Numbered from the stretch's first letter, positions 26,042-35,896 are shown. The stretch is DNA of 64,000 bases from a virus (IMGVR_UViG_3300036792_000096:26658-90657); one strand, 5' to 3'. The notes: generated by a model from the sequence alone, not told the origin. Translations and numbers: made by a program.

Positions 26042-27913
26042 GTGCAACCCCACCCCCGCACCACAGGCTTCCGCTTTCCCGCGGGCAGCCCGTTCCCGCT
26101 GTGGCGACCGTTCCAAGTCTGTCTCGCCCCCGACGACGACAAGCCGGGCGCCGAGCCGCAGCCCCTGGTCCCCGAAGACCTCACCGCCCTCGACCAGAAG
26201 ACCCTCGCCCGCACCGAAGCGGACCTCCTGAAGAAGGGCAAGCGCCTCCAGGACGCCCCCGCCTCCGCCGAGACCGTGGCGGAACTCCGCGAGGTCGTGG
26301 GAGCGCTCGGCAAGGTCCGGGCCGAGGTCACCCGCCGAGCCGAGGAGGCAGCCCAGCACGAGGACGAGAAGGCAGCGCTCCTCGCCGAGCTCGAACCAGC
26401 CGCTGTCGCCGATGTCGAAGACCCCGAAGGCACAGAGCCCGCAGAGGGCGAGACCGAGGGCACCGAAGGCGAGCCGGCCGAGACGGCACCGGCCGCACCC
26501 GAGCCCGTGGGTATCGCCGCATCCGCCGACCCCGCGCCTGTCCCCGTCCGCACCCGGCCCCGGGCGCCGTCGGTCCGGGACATCCCGGCGAACGCCATCC
26601 GGCCCGAGCACCGCCCTCGCCTCGAAGCTCCCCGCTCCAAGGTGACCATCACCGCCTCGGGTGACGTGCCCGGCTTCTCCGCCGGAATGGCCCTGGATGA
26701 GAGCGAACTGGGGAAGGCCTTCGCTGACAAGGCCTGGTCCATGCTCCGCGGTGCGCCGAAGTCCCGGGACTACTCAACATCGTCGTCCGTGGTCTCCATC
26801 GGAGTGGAGTACCCCGAGGAGCGCACGCTCCGGGACAATGACACCACCACCTCCAACATGGCGAAGATCGAGGCGGTGACCGCCTCCGGGGCCCGCAAGC
26901 GGGGTCTGACCGCCAAGGGTCCGAACGCCATCGTCGCCGCCGGCGGTCTCTGCGCCCCCGTGGCCGTGGACTACAGCCTCATGACGCTCGGCACGCCGGC
27001 CCGGCCAGTCAAGGACGCCCTGGTGCGCTTCGGTGCCGAACGAGGCGGTCTCCGCTTCATCACCCCGCCGCACCTCAGCGATGTCGCCCCCGGCGTCTCG
27101 CTCTGGACGCACCAGACGGACGCCGCCTGGACAACGGGGATGCCGACGAAGCCCTTCGTCATCGTCACCTGTGGTACGGAGACCGTCGTGCAGGTCGACG
27201 CCATCACGCTCGGGATCGTCGTCGGCAACTTTGATCGCATGACCTTCCCGGAGCACTTCGCAGCTTGGTACAAGCTGGCGCAGGTCTACTTCGGCCGCTT
27301 CGCCGACTCGCACCTCCTCGACCAGATCGCAACCGCCTCCGTGGCGACCAACACCACCCAGGACCTTGGTGCCGCCCGGGACATCCTGGTCCACTTGGGT
27401 ACGGCTGCGGCCGGCTATCGGTCGCGCAACCGCATGGAGACCGACGAGATCCTCCAAGTGCTTCTGCCGGCGTGGACCCGGGACCTCATGCGGGCGGACT
27501 TTACCCGCCAGCACCCCGGCGACGAGGCGGTGCAGCTCGCGGACGGCGAGATCAACGGCTACCTGGCAGCCAGCAACCTCGAGCCGACGTGGTACCTCGA
27601 TGGCCCGAACACGGGCGTGAACCAAATCTTTACCAGCCAAGGCGCCGGGTCGCTCGAGGGATTCCCCGGCACCGTCCAGGCCTTCATGTTCGCCCCCGGC
27701 TCGTTCCTCCACCTGGACGGCGGAATGCTGGACCTCGGAGTGGAGATTCGGGACTTTACGTTAGATCTCCAAAATAGGGTAGGTGGCTTTCTTGAGACCT
27801 TCGAGGCAGTGGCGTATCACGGCGTTGAAGCCCTTCAAGTGAATATGCGGGTTTGTCCGTCTGGTGGAACGAGCGCTGCCGTTCTTCCATCCACGCCTTG
27901 CTACGGAAGCTAG
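26042..27913 (+). CDS. Major capsid (hexamer-type) protein with N-terminal scaffold region
   Basis: Coiled-coil/acidic N-terminus; AAGGLCAP..DY, RGGLRF, GGMLDLG..RD; resembles Rosebush/cluster B capsid family. Confidence 0.9.
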   Translation: MQPHPRTTGFRFPAGSPFPLWRPFQVCLAPDDDKPGAEPQPLVPEDLTALDQKTLARTEADLLKKGKRLQDAPASAETVAELREVVGALGKVRAEVTRRAEEAAQHEDEKAALLAELEPAAVADVEDPEGTEPAEGETEGTEGEPAETAPAAPEPVGIAASADPAPVPVRTRPRAPSVRDIPANAIRPEHRPRLEAPRSKVTITASGDVPGFSAGMALDESELGKAFADKAWSMLRGAPKSRDYSTSSSVVSIGVEYPEERTLRDNDTTTSNMAKIEAVTASGARKRGLTAKGPNAIVAAGGLCAPVAVDYSLMTLGTPARPVKDALVRFGAERGGLRFITPPHLSDVAPGVSLWTHQTDAAWTTGMPTKPFVIVTCGTETVVQVDAITLGIVVGNFDRMTFPEHFAAWYKLAQVYFGRFADSHLLDQIATASVATNTTQDLGAARDILVHLGTAAAGYRSRNRMETDEILQVLLPAWTRDLMRADFTRQHPGDEAVQLADGEINGYLAASNLEPTWYLDGPNTGVNQIFTSQGAGSLEGFPGTVQAFMFAPGSFLHLDGGMLDLGVEIRDFTLDLQNRVGGFLETFEAVAYHGVEALQVNMRVCPSGGTSAAVLPSTPCYGS

Positions 27914-27930
27914 TGAGACAGGTTCAGAGG

Positions 27931-29019
27931 TCAGGCTGGGGTCGGCTTCGGCTGGCCCCAGCCGGGCATGTCCCGCGGGTCGTAGATCACGCCGAGGCTT
28001 CCGGGCTCAGACCCCATCCGTCGCTCCTTACGGGCGCGGGCCTCACGCCACTCCTCCGGCGTCCGGTTGTACTTCTCGTTGTTGCAGGGTTGGCACGCAC
28101 CCGTCACGTTCCAGCGCGTGTGGGAACCCCCGCGGGCCAAGGGAACGATGTGCTCGACAACGAGGGGTGGCCGGTGCAGATGGCAGTACGAGCAGACGCC
28201 GACCTGTTCGGCCATCATCTCTGCGACCTGCTCGCCGGTCAGGTCATTCACGGGGGCTCCGAGCTCGAGTGCCCTGCGCTGGTTGGTGTAGTTCCGGTAC
28301 CGCTCTGGGTCCTTTGCCTTACCTTTGCGGTACGCTGCCGCTCCCTTGCCCGCTTGCTGAAAACGGATCTGGCGCAGGGCCTTGAGCTGAGGATTCTCTC
28401 CCATCGCTGGCATATGCGGCAGCACGCCTTGCTCACGTCGGCGCACCTTCAGAGCGCCCTTGGTGCAGGCCTTGCATACTGGCGAGGGACCCTCGTAGTT
28501 GTCCCGTTTGTTCCTCACGATGTAGTAGTCGGTGAGCGGCTTCCACTTGCCGCAGAGGAAACAGACCTGACCCTCCACGCTCTCCACGGCCGTGACCTCG
28601 CGGAAGCGCCGGATCTCCATGCCAGCAGCCCGGCGGGCCTTTTCACCAGCCACCTTCATCCCAGCAGTAGTGCAGTCCTTGCAGCGGTAATCCGTGATCC
28701 CGTCCTCTCGTGGATAGAACTCGCTGACCGGCTTCACCTGATCGCAGGTCCGGCACAACCGTTGCCCGTCACCCACCACGACCTCCCGAGAAGCGTCAAG
28801 GTGGGCGAAGTGGTGTTCGGGGCAGCGTCCTCGCATGTAGGCAGGAACGGAGCATCCGGGCTCTTGGCAAGGCAACGCATCCGGTCCCACCGATTCCAGG
28901 AACCGCTGCGTCTTGGTAGCCCGCATGTCGTGCATCCCGCAGAGTCCGTGCGTGCGGGAGGGCTTGTCGCACGAGGGATGACCGCAGATTCCGCGGCTCC
29001 CTTTGATACCCTTGGGCAT
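27931..29019 (-). CDS. Free-standing HNH homing endonuclease with four Zn-binding repeats
   Basis: CSYC..VEHIVPLARGG.H..WNV..ACQPCNNEK; two C..C..C..H and two CxxC..K..F/Y..CKxC modules; antisense to structural operon. Confidence 0.93.
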   Translation of the reverse strand: MPKGIKGSRGICGHPSCDKPSRTHGLCGMHDMRATKTQRFLESVGPDALPCQEPGCSVPAYMRGRCPEHHFAHLDASREVVVGDGQRLCRTCDQVKPVSEFYPREDGITDYRCKDCTTAGMKVAGEKARRAAGMEIRRFREVTAVESVEGQVCFLCGKWKPLTDYYIVRNKRDNYEGPSPVCKACTKGALKVRRREQGVLPHMPAMGENPQLKALRQIRFQQAGKGAAAYRKGKAKDPERYRNYTNQRRALELGAPVNDLTGEQVAEMMAEQVGVCSYCHLHRPPLVVEHIVPLARGGSHTRWNVTGACQPCNNEKYNRTPEEWREARARKERRMGSEPGSLGVIYDPRDMPGWGQPKPTPA

Positions 29020-29094
29020 GTCGCTGACCTCTCGCTAGGTTGCGGCCGGGTCCCCGGGTGTCTCACCACCGCGGGGGCCTTCTCTTCTCCCACC

Positions 29095-29116
29095 ATTCTA
29101 CGGATGGGTACCGACA
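29095..29116 (-). promoter_or_regulatory. PafBC/RecA-NDp-type DNA-damage promoter upstream of HNH gene
   Basis: Minus strand TGTCGG-TACCCATCCG-TAGAAT matches TGTCGG-N10-TAnnnT. Confidence 0.7.
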
Positions 29117-29138
29117 CCCAGAGCCGGGAAATGGCCGC

Positions 29139-30137
29139 ATGAAAGAACCCTCAGAAATGCCCCGGCGCATCGCCCTGTGGGGAAACTTCGGAGTGCCTTG
29201 GACGACGGAAACTCACGTCGCTCTGTCTCTCGAATCCCTCGGCCACACCGTCATCCGGCTGCAAGAGGGGACGGTACGGGCGGTGGACTTCGCTGAGCGA
29301 GTCATCGCCGAGGGATGCTCACTGGCAATCTGGATTCAGACGTACGGTTTAGCCGTCACCGGTGGCACCGCAGAGGAACGCTACGGCGCGCTAGCCCGAC
29401 TCCGGGAGGCCGGCATCCCGACCATGGGGTTTCACTTGGACAGGTTCTGGGATGTCAAGGACGGCCGAGCAGACCGAATCCCCACGGAGCCCTTCTTCCG
29501 CACGGACCTGCTTGCCACGGCCGACGAGGGTGGGGGGCGGTGGCAGGAACAGGGGATCAACGCCGTGTGGTCCCCGCCAGGCATCTACCACGGCGAGGCG
29601 GTGCGAGGGACGCCTCGCCGTGAGTACCGCAGCCCCGTCGTCTTCGTCGGCAGTTGGCGGGGGGTCTACCACCCCGAGTGGACGCACCGCCGGGAACTCG
29701 TCCAGCATCTCCAAACCCGCTGGCGCCATGAGTGCGCCTTCTGGCCGCGAGGCGAAGCCGTCCGTGGCCAAAACCTGATCGACCTCTACGCCTCCGTCGA
29801 TATCGTGGTGGGGGATTCGTTCATGACGCCCGGTTCCTACGCTTTCCACTCAGATCGAATTCCGGAGACTTTGGGTAGAGGGGCGTTTTTGGTCCATCCG
29901 TACAATCCGGGCTTGGAGACTCTGTACGAGGACGGCAAGCACCTCCGCTACTGGCCGCTCGGGGACTGGGCAGAACTGGACCGGCTCATCCGCTACTACC
30001 TAGACCACCCCGAGGAGCGGCAGGCCATCGCCGACGCCGGCCAGCGACACGTACAGGAGTCCCACACCTACAGAGAACGCATGAAGCGCCTGCTGCCGAT
30101 GGCTCTCGCCCTCAAGCCCGCTGAGGCTGCGGTATGA
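29139..30137 (+). CDS. Glycosyltransferase, GT-B fold (CgeB/Glyco_trans_1_2-like)
   Basis: VVFVGS...YHPEW..R, LYAS..IVVGDS, SDRIPETLGRGAFLVH, EERQAIA.AG. Confidence 0.88.
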   Translation: MKEPSEMPRRIALWGNFGVPWTTETHVALSLESLGHTVIRLQEGTVRAVDFAERVIAEGCSLAIWIQTYGLAVTGGTAEERYGALARLREAGIPTMGFHLDRFWDVKDGRADRIPTEPFFRTDLLATADEGGGRWQEQGINAVWSPPGIYHGEAVRGTPRREYRSPVVFVGSWRGVYHPEWTHRRELVQHLQTRWRHECAFWPRGEAVRGQNLIDLYASVDIVVGDSFMTPGSYAFHSDRIPETLGRGAFLVHPYNPGLETLYEDGKHLRYWPLGDWAELDRLIRYYLDHPEERQAIADAGQRHVQESHTYRERMKRLLPMALALKPAEAAV

Positions 30138-30787
30138 GCGTGGATTGGGTCACGGAGGCCCTCACGGACGCCGAGCGGGAGCGGGCCTACTGGGACGCCA
30201 CAGCCGCATCCGAGAACGTCTGGGGCGAGCTGTGGTCGATTCCCGGCATGGGGTGGGAAGAGGGGATCGAAGCGTGTCTCGCCCAGATTGAGCCGATCCT
30301 CCACGGCTGCTCGGCTGGGCGCGTGCTTGAGCTCGGGTGCGGCATCGGGCGCCTTCTGCTCCCGCTGGCCGAGCACTGGTCTGACATGTCCTTCATCGGC
30401 GTGGACTGCTCCGCGGCCCTGCTGACGAAGGCACGGGCGGCAACGAAGAGTGCCGGGCTCGGCAATGTCCGCTACATCGCCGGGGATGGCCGCAACCTCC
30501 CCCGCTCCCTCCCGGCGCGGTTCCAGGCGGCGTACTCCGTGCTGACCTTCCAGCACGTCCCGCCCGAGGCGCAGAGTTCCTACCTCAGCCAGATCGCAGC
30601 CAAGCTTGACGCTGGGGGCCTCCTGCGCCTGCAGTTCGTCCAGGCCGACATCGACCACTTCCTCTCGCATGGCATACCGCCCGAGACGATGGCGCAGTGG
30701 TGCGCTGAGGCGGGCCTGACGGTCGTCGCGCTGGACCGGGGCGTCATTGACGAGTCGTGGGCATGGATCACGGCGACGAAACTGTGA
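30134..30787 (+). CDS. Class I SAM-dependent methyltransferase
   Basis: VLELGCGIGRL, GVD, YSVLTFQH, GGLLRLQF. Confidence 0.92.
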   Translation: MSVDWVTEALTDAERERAYWDATAASENVWGELWSIPGMGWEEGIEACLAQIEPILHGCSAGRVLELGCGIGRLLLPLAEHWSDMSFIGVDCSAALLTKARAATKSAGLGNVRYIAGDGRNLPRSLPARFQAAYSVLTFQHVPPEAQSSYLSQIAAKLDAGGLLRLQFVQADIDHFLSHGIPPETMAQWCAEAGLTVVALDRGVIDESWAWITATKL

Positions 30788-30981
30788 GCGGCGACATTAT
30801 GGACGACAGCATTCGCAGGGTTCGCTTCGAGGCACTGAAGTTGGCTGTGGGACGCGCAGACGAGCACCACAACGCTGACCAAGTCGTCCGTGCCGCGAAG
30901 GTGTTCGCATCGTTCATCGGTAACGGATCATCGCCGCTTGATGACGAAGACTCGGCAGAGACCGAGGAACCCAAGCCGTGA
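30784..30981 (+). CDS. Small hypothetical protein
   Basis: RFEALKLAV...VVRAAKVFASFI; coupled. Confidence 0.6.
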   Translation: MSGDIMDDSIRRVRFEALKLAVGRADEHHNADQVVRAAKVFASFIGNGSSPLDDEDSAETEEPKP

Positions 30982-31811
30982 CCGTCCAGACCCCGCACCC
31001 CAACGCGATGATCCACTGGCCCCGGATCGAATGCCTCCGCGGCCACGAGACGCACGACTCGGGATCGTTCCGCATCCGCCTCGGCGGTTCCACGGGCTAC
31101 CACGACTTCCCTCCGATCCCACAGCGCTTCGCCCGCGACTTCCACATGGAACTGTTCGACTGGACGAAGTACCGAGAGGTGGGGCCGTGGTGCCCCGGGG
31201 CTGGCGTGGAGTCCGAGGCCATCGCCGAGCTCGGTGTCTGGGAACCACGGGAGACCATCGTTGCCCTGACCGTCTTCGAGTCGGCCGATCCGGGCTCGCT
31301 GTGCGTGGACTTCGGGGCGCATGTCGGCTGGTACTCGCTCCTCGCCGCCTCCAGCGGTCTCGAGGTGCTGGCGTGGGAGTGCGACCCGGAGCCCCTCCGG
31401 CTGCTGCGCACGTCGGCCAACCTGAACGGCTGGAAGATCCGCACCCGCGGGACCCGCATCGGGGCGGACACGAAGCCTCTCCCGAAGACTGCGATTCGGT
31501 TGGCGAAACTGGACATCGAGGGAGCCGAGGAGCATGCGATCCGGATCCTTGGACCCTCCATCCGGGCCGGCCTCGTGGACCACATTCTCATGGAGGTCTC
31601 ACCCGTGTTCGCCGACTACTACCCGGCCCTAGTCCTCTCCCTGATCTCCAGAGGCTATGAGGCGTACCGGTTCCACGACAAGGCCCTCCCGCCACACCCA
31701 CTTGAGGAACTGCCACGGGATCTGATCCCGCTCATGCGGAACGTGGAGGCCGAGGTGGCGTCGTGGCATCAGGAGAGTGTCTGGTTCAAGCGGGTGGGGG
31801 CCTCGTGGTGA
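30978..31811 (+). CDS. FkbM-like methyltransferase
   Basis: GVWEPRET, VDFGAHVGWYS, KLDIEGAE, LMEVSP. Confidence 0.88.
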   Translation: MTVQTPHPNAMIHWPRIECLRGHETHDSGSFRIRLGGSTGYHDFPPIPQRFARDFHMELFDWTKYREVGPWCPGAGVESEAIAELGVWEPRETIVALTVFESADPGSLCVDFGAHVGWYSLLAASSGLEVLAWECDPEPLRLLRTSANLNGWKIRTRGTRIGADTKPLPKTAIRLAKLDIEGAEEHAIRILGPSIRAGLVDHILMEVSPVFADYYPALVLSLISRGYEAYRFHDKALPPHPLEELPRDLIPLMRNVEAEVASWHQESVWFKRVGASW

Positions 31812-32023
31812 GCGATCAGTCTGCGTGCCTCGGCAAGCGGTACCGAGACCCCATCACGGAGTACGAGGGCATCGCCACAGCACGGGTGGAGTACCTCGGC
31901 GGGGGTCGCGTCCAGATCCTCTTGGAGCGCGCTCGGTCGGATGGCAACCCGCAGGAGCACTACTTCTACGAGTCCCGGCTTGAACTCGTCACTCCGAAAC
32001 CGCCGATGGGGATCGGATCATGA
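31808..32023 (+). CDS. Small hypothetical protein (SH3-like)
   Basis: LGKRYRDPITEYEGIATARVEYL.G. Confidence 0.65.
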   Translation: MSDQSACLGKRYRDPITEYEGIATARVEYLGGGRVQILLERARSDGNPQEHYFYESRLELVTPKPPMGIGS

Positions 32024-33777
32024 CCACCATTCCCGTGATCTACGTCTCGCGGCATGAGGGTATCTTGTCCCATCTGTACGCAGATATGGGCCTGCTGGAA
32101 TCCATCCTCGCTGGCACCGTCTGGAACCCGCCTGGGGCGTTCACCTTTGAGCACTACGTAGACGTGGGTCGGCCCGGCTCCGCCGATCCCGACGCCTTCC
32201 CGGCCGTGGCTGGCGCCGTTGTCATGGTCCCCGCCCGCCACCACACCTCTCCCGAAGATGTCCAGTGGCTGCTGGCCCAACTTGACCGCCTGTCGTGGTA
32301 TGTGACCGTCCTATGTGGTGACGAGGAATGGGCATTTCCGTGGCAGCGCATCCCCCGCTCCGAGCACCGGAAGGTGTGGGTCATGCAGCCCCGGCCAGAG
32401 CATGCCGGGCGCGTGGACGGGATGATCCCCGGTGGCTGGTATCCGGGGACGCGGGAGGGCATCAGTGTTGCTCAGGCCCGTCGGACAGCCTTGAAGCTCG
32501 ACGCATCCGATGAGCGCTACTGGGATGTTTTCTTCGCCGGTCAAGTCACCCACAGACGTCGCGAGGAATGCGCTGCCGTGCTGAGGGCGATGGACCCCCA
32601 GAGGCGGTTCCTCTACGAAACGAAGGGCTATCTCCAAGGGATGGCGCAGGACGAATACATGGCTCTCCTCTCCTCGGCCAAGGTAGTCCCCTGCCCGTCC
32701 GGGCCCTACACGGTAGACACCGCCCGGCCCTTGGAAGCGCTCGAGGCGGCCTGCGTGCCTGTCGTGGACACCCTGACGCCCCGGGGTGACGACTGGGACT
32801 ACTGGGGTCTTGTGTTCGGCCCTGATTGCCCCCTGCGGCGGATCCGGGATTGGGAGACCTTCCCCAAGGTGCTCACCGAGGAGTTGGCCGACTGGCCCAA
32901 CAACTCGAATCGTGTGTTCGCTTGGTGGCAGGGCTGGAAGCGGAGGATCACCCACCAGTTGCACGACGACATCGCCAGCGCATCGGGGGTTCCCCTAGTT
33001 CTTGACGGACCCGACGCCCTCGTGACGGTCCTCATTACCACGTCTCCCGCACCGTTGCACCCCTCGACCGCCCATCTTGAGGAGACCGTCGCGGCGGTGC
33101 GGGAGCAACTCCCTAACGCGGAGATCGTCATCGCCTGCGATGGGGTACGGCCGGAGTTGGCAGAGCGCGCTGCGGACTACGGCGAGTATCTCCGTCGGGT
33201 GCTGTGGCTGTGTAACTTCGAGTGGCGCAACGTGGTGCCGTTCGTCGCTGACGAGTGGCTACATCAGGCCGAGCTCACCCGCCGTGCTCTGAGCCTCGTG
33301 CGGTCCCCGCTCATGTTTTTCGTGGAACACGACCGGCCGCCCGTGGGACGGATCGACTGGCCGGGGCTCTGCGCCGTGGTGGGGTCGGGGGAGATCGACA
33401 TGGTCCGACTGCACGCCGAGGAAAGCATCCATCCCGAGCAGATGCACCTCATGCTTGGTGCCCAGACGCCGATCAGCGGAGTCCCGCTGCTCCGGACGGC
33501 GGCGTGGTGGCAACACCCGCACCTCTGCCGCACGGAGTGGTACCGGGGCATCCTCGCCGAGCACTTCCCGCCCGGAAGCCGGACGTTCATCGAAGACCGC
33601 CTCTACCAGCTTGCCGAGAATGACTTCTTCGACCACGGCCCCGGTTCGTGGCAGCGGTGGAAGCTCGCCATCTACTGCCCGCCGGGGAGCATCCTCCGCA
33701 GCCGTCACCTCAACAGCCGCAGCGATGCTCCCAAGGGCGAGATTTGGTTCGGCGAGACGGCGGAGGTGCCCGTATGA
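32020..33777 (+). CDS. Two-domain glycosyltransferase: exostosin/GT47-like plus GT-A (GT2-like)
   Basis: DVFFAGQ, Y...LSSAKVVPCPSG, R..EALEAACVPV; VTVLITTSP, VIACDG, FFVEHD. Confidence 0.8.
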   Translation: MTTIPVIYVSRHEGILSHLYADMGLLESILAGTVWNPPGAFTFEHYVDVGRPGSADPDAFPAVAGAVVMVPARHHTSPEDVQWLLAQLDRLSWYVTVLCGDEEWAFPWQRIPRSEHRKVWVMQPRPEHAGRVDGMIPGGWYPGTREGISVAQARRTALKLDASDERYWDVFFAGQVTHRRREECAAVLRAMDPQRRFLYETKGYLQGMAQDEYMALLSSAKVVPCPSGPYTVDTARPLEALEAACVPVVDTLTPRGDDWDYWGLVFGPDCPLRRIRDWETFPKVLTEELADWPNNSNRVFAWWQGWKRRITHQLHDDIASASGVPLVLDGPDALVTVLITTSPAPLHPSTAHLEETVAAVREQLPNAEIVIACDGVRPELAERAADYGEYLRRVLWLCNFEWRNVVPFVADEWLHQAELTRRALSLVRSPLMFFVEHDRPPVGRIDWPGLCAVVGSGEIDMVRLHAEESIHPEQMHLMLGAQTPISGVPLLRTAAWWQHPHLCRTEWYRGILAEHFPPGSRTFIEDRLYQLAENDFFDHGPGSWQRWKLAIYCPPGSILRSRHLNSRSDAPKGEIWFGETAEVPV

Positions 33778-34868
33778 CCGGGCCCCGCTGCGCTCTGCTG
33801 GTGCGTTCGGATCATAGGGGCCTCGGATATCAGTCCCACGGTTACTACCAGCACCTCTCGCCGGTCAAAACCCTCCACGTCCACATGACCTCGAACCTTG
33901 GGACATGGACACCCTACGCAGAGCACCGGGAGGCGTGGTATCCCGACGTGCGCTCAGCCAACTATGACGGCCACACGGGGCGGCTGGACGACGAGGCTGC
34001 TATTCGCTGGCTGCTGGCTGACGTGGATGTCCTGCTCTCGGCCGAGACCTTCTACGATTTCCGGGTCATCGGCTGGGCGCGGGAAGCGGGCGTCAAGACG
34101 GTCCTAGTCGGGAATCCGGAATTCCTCAGACCCGAAGTTCTGGTCAGTCCTCCTGACGTCCTCGTGATGCCCTCCCGCTGGCGGCTGGACACCATCCCCA
34201 ACGCCGTCCACCTCCCCCAGCCCGTGGACCGCAGCGTGTTCGCCTTCACGCCCCGCCCGCTGGTTCCTGACCGGCTCCGGTTCCTGCACGTCGTGGGCCA
34301 CCGGGCGGCGAGGGACCGGGCTGGGACGGATCTCGTGCTCGACTGCATCCGCTTCCTGCGCCACCGCATCGACCTCACCATCCGTTGTCAGGGCTCGCTC
34401 TCGGCCCCTCAGCAGTTGCTCCTACGGGGACTCAGGCGCCACCAGATCCCAACGGTGCTGTTGGGCGACGTGGACGATCCCCGGGCGCTGTACGAGGGCT
34501 ACGACGTGCTCCTGGCGCCGAGGAGGTATGGGGGCCTCTCGCTCACGCTCAACGAGGCAACTTCCTGCGGGCTGGCAATCATCGCCACGGACCGGGAGCC
34601 GGAACGCTTCGCCCTGCCGGCGGAGGCCCTCGTACCAGCCTACCGGGGGCGGGACGTGCAGTTCCAGGGCGGGACCTTCACGCTGGACGATGCCAACCCT
34701 CGGGACTTGGCCGAGGCCATCGACCGGCTCGTGGACGACCCCGCCGCGGTGGCCCGGCTCTCCGCGGCCTCAGACGCCTATGGGGAGTCCATCTCGTGGG
34801 AAACGCTGGCCCCGAAGTGGCGAGCGCTCCTTGAGCGGGCCACGACCATGACGGGAGTGGGACCGTGA
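33774..34868 (+). CDS. Glycosyltransferase, GT-B fold (GT4-like)
   Basis: GLGYQS, DRAGT, LYEGYDVLLAPRRYGGLSLTLNEA..CGL.IIATD. Confidence 0.88.
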   Translation: MTGPRCALLVRSDHRGLGYQSHGYYQHLSPVKTLHVHMTSNLGTWTPYAEHREAWYPDVRSANYDGHTGRLDDEAAIRWLLADVDVLLSAETFYDFRVIGWAREAGVKTVLVGNPEFLRPEVLVSPPDVLVMPSRWRLDTIPNAVHLPQPVDRSVFAFTPRPLVPDRLRFLHVVGHRAARDRAGTDLVLDCIRFLRHRIDLTIRCQGSLSAPQQLLLRGLRRHQIPTVLLGDVDDPRALYEGYDVLLAPRRYGGLSLTLNEATSCGLAIIATDREPERFALPAEALVPAYRGRDVQFQGGTFTLDDANPRDLAEAIDRLVDDPAAVARLSAASDAYGESISWETLAPKWRALLERATTMTGVGP

Positions 34869-35896
34869 TCGACGCCCTCGCTTCGCAACCCCACTACTTG
34901 AGGCATCTGTATCCCGTGTGGCAGGCGCTTCCAGAGGAGTACCGGGGGACGCTCTACCTGACCGGGCGAGCCTCGTGGGAGGCACCGTTCTACGACACCG
35001 GCCGGGTCTACAGCGGCCTCTTCCAGCGCCCCGGTCCCCGCGTACTCGTGGCCTCGCAGACCGACTACCGGCAGGTCAGCACGGGCCGGCGGGTCATCTA
35101 CATGAACCATGGCGCCGGCCAGAGCTACGGCGGAGACCCCGACCCGGCCGTGTCCCGGGACGCCTCCTATGCCGGCGGGGACGGCCAGGACCGCACCGAT
35201 CTCTTCCTCGTTCCCGGCCCGCATCCTGCGCAACGATGCCGGGAGCGCTATCCGGACATACCCGTGGTGGAGATCGGGTGCCCGGCACTAGACTCGTGGC
35301 TTAACCGGCCGGCGCGCCGGGAGCCACATGAGAAGCCGGTCGTTGCGCTCGCCTTCCAGCGCGCCACCCGCCACGGGGACTACCCGCTCTGCCCGGAGCA
35401 CGTCTCGGCGCTGCCCCACTACCTCTCGGCGCTGCCCGCTCTGATGGAGCGCTTCGAGGTGCTCGGCCACGGCCACCCGCGCGCTAAGGCCGGGCTCGAG
35501 GCGGTCTACGGCCCGCTCGGCATCCCGTGGGTGGACTGGGAAACGGTGATGCTCACGGCCGACGTTCTGTGCGTCGACAACAGCTCCATTGGGTTCGAGG
35601 CAGCCGCCATCGGCTTACCTGTCATTTGGCTGAACGCTCCGTGGTACCGACGAGAGATCGACCACGGGCTGCGCTTTTGGGGCACCGCTGGTGTGGGCAT
35701 GGAGGTAGACGAGCCGGCCGCTCTCGTCCCGACCGTTGAGACCGCCCTCCGAATCTGGCTAGGGTGGTACGGACTCGCACCAGCCGATCAGCAACTTTCG
35801 TATGTCTACACGCGCCTCGACGGGCACTGCGCCCAACGAGGCGCTGCGGCCATCGTCGCTCTGGACGCGGCCGAGCTCGCCGAGGTGCCCTCGTGA
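34865..35896 (+). CDS. GT-B enzyme resembling CDP-glycerol glycerophosphotransferase (TagB/TagF-like)
   Basis: YMNHGAG, IGCPALD, GHPR, ADVLCVDNSSIGFEAA..GLPVIWLN. Confidence 0.65.
   Translation: MIDALASQPHYLRHLYPVWQALPEEYRGTLYLTGRASWEAPFYDTGRVYSGLFQRPGPRVLVASQTDYRQVSTGRRVIYMNHGAGQSYGGDPDPAVSRDASYAGGDGQDRTDLFLVPGPHPAQRCRERYPDIPVVEIGCPALDSWLNRPARREPHEKPVVALAFQRATRHGDYPLCPEHVSALPHYLSALPALMERFEVLGHGHPRAKAGLEAVYGPLGIPWVDWETVMLTADVLCVDNSSIGFEAAAIGLPVIWLNAPWYRREIDHGLRFWGTAGVGMEVDEPAALVPTVETALRIWLGWYGLAPADQQLSYVYTRLDGHCAQRGAAAIVALDAAELAEVPS

Noticed and set aside
27931-29019. HNH as a group I intron or intein in the capsid gene
   Set aside because: Capsid ORF ends cleanly at 27913 and the HNH is intergenic and antisense; no intein motifs
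29139-35896. Cassette as a DNA hypermodification system
   Set aside because: No base-modifying enzymes or phage polymerase seen, and it is coupled to capsid genes; not formally excluded
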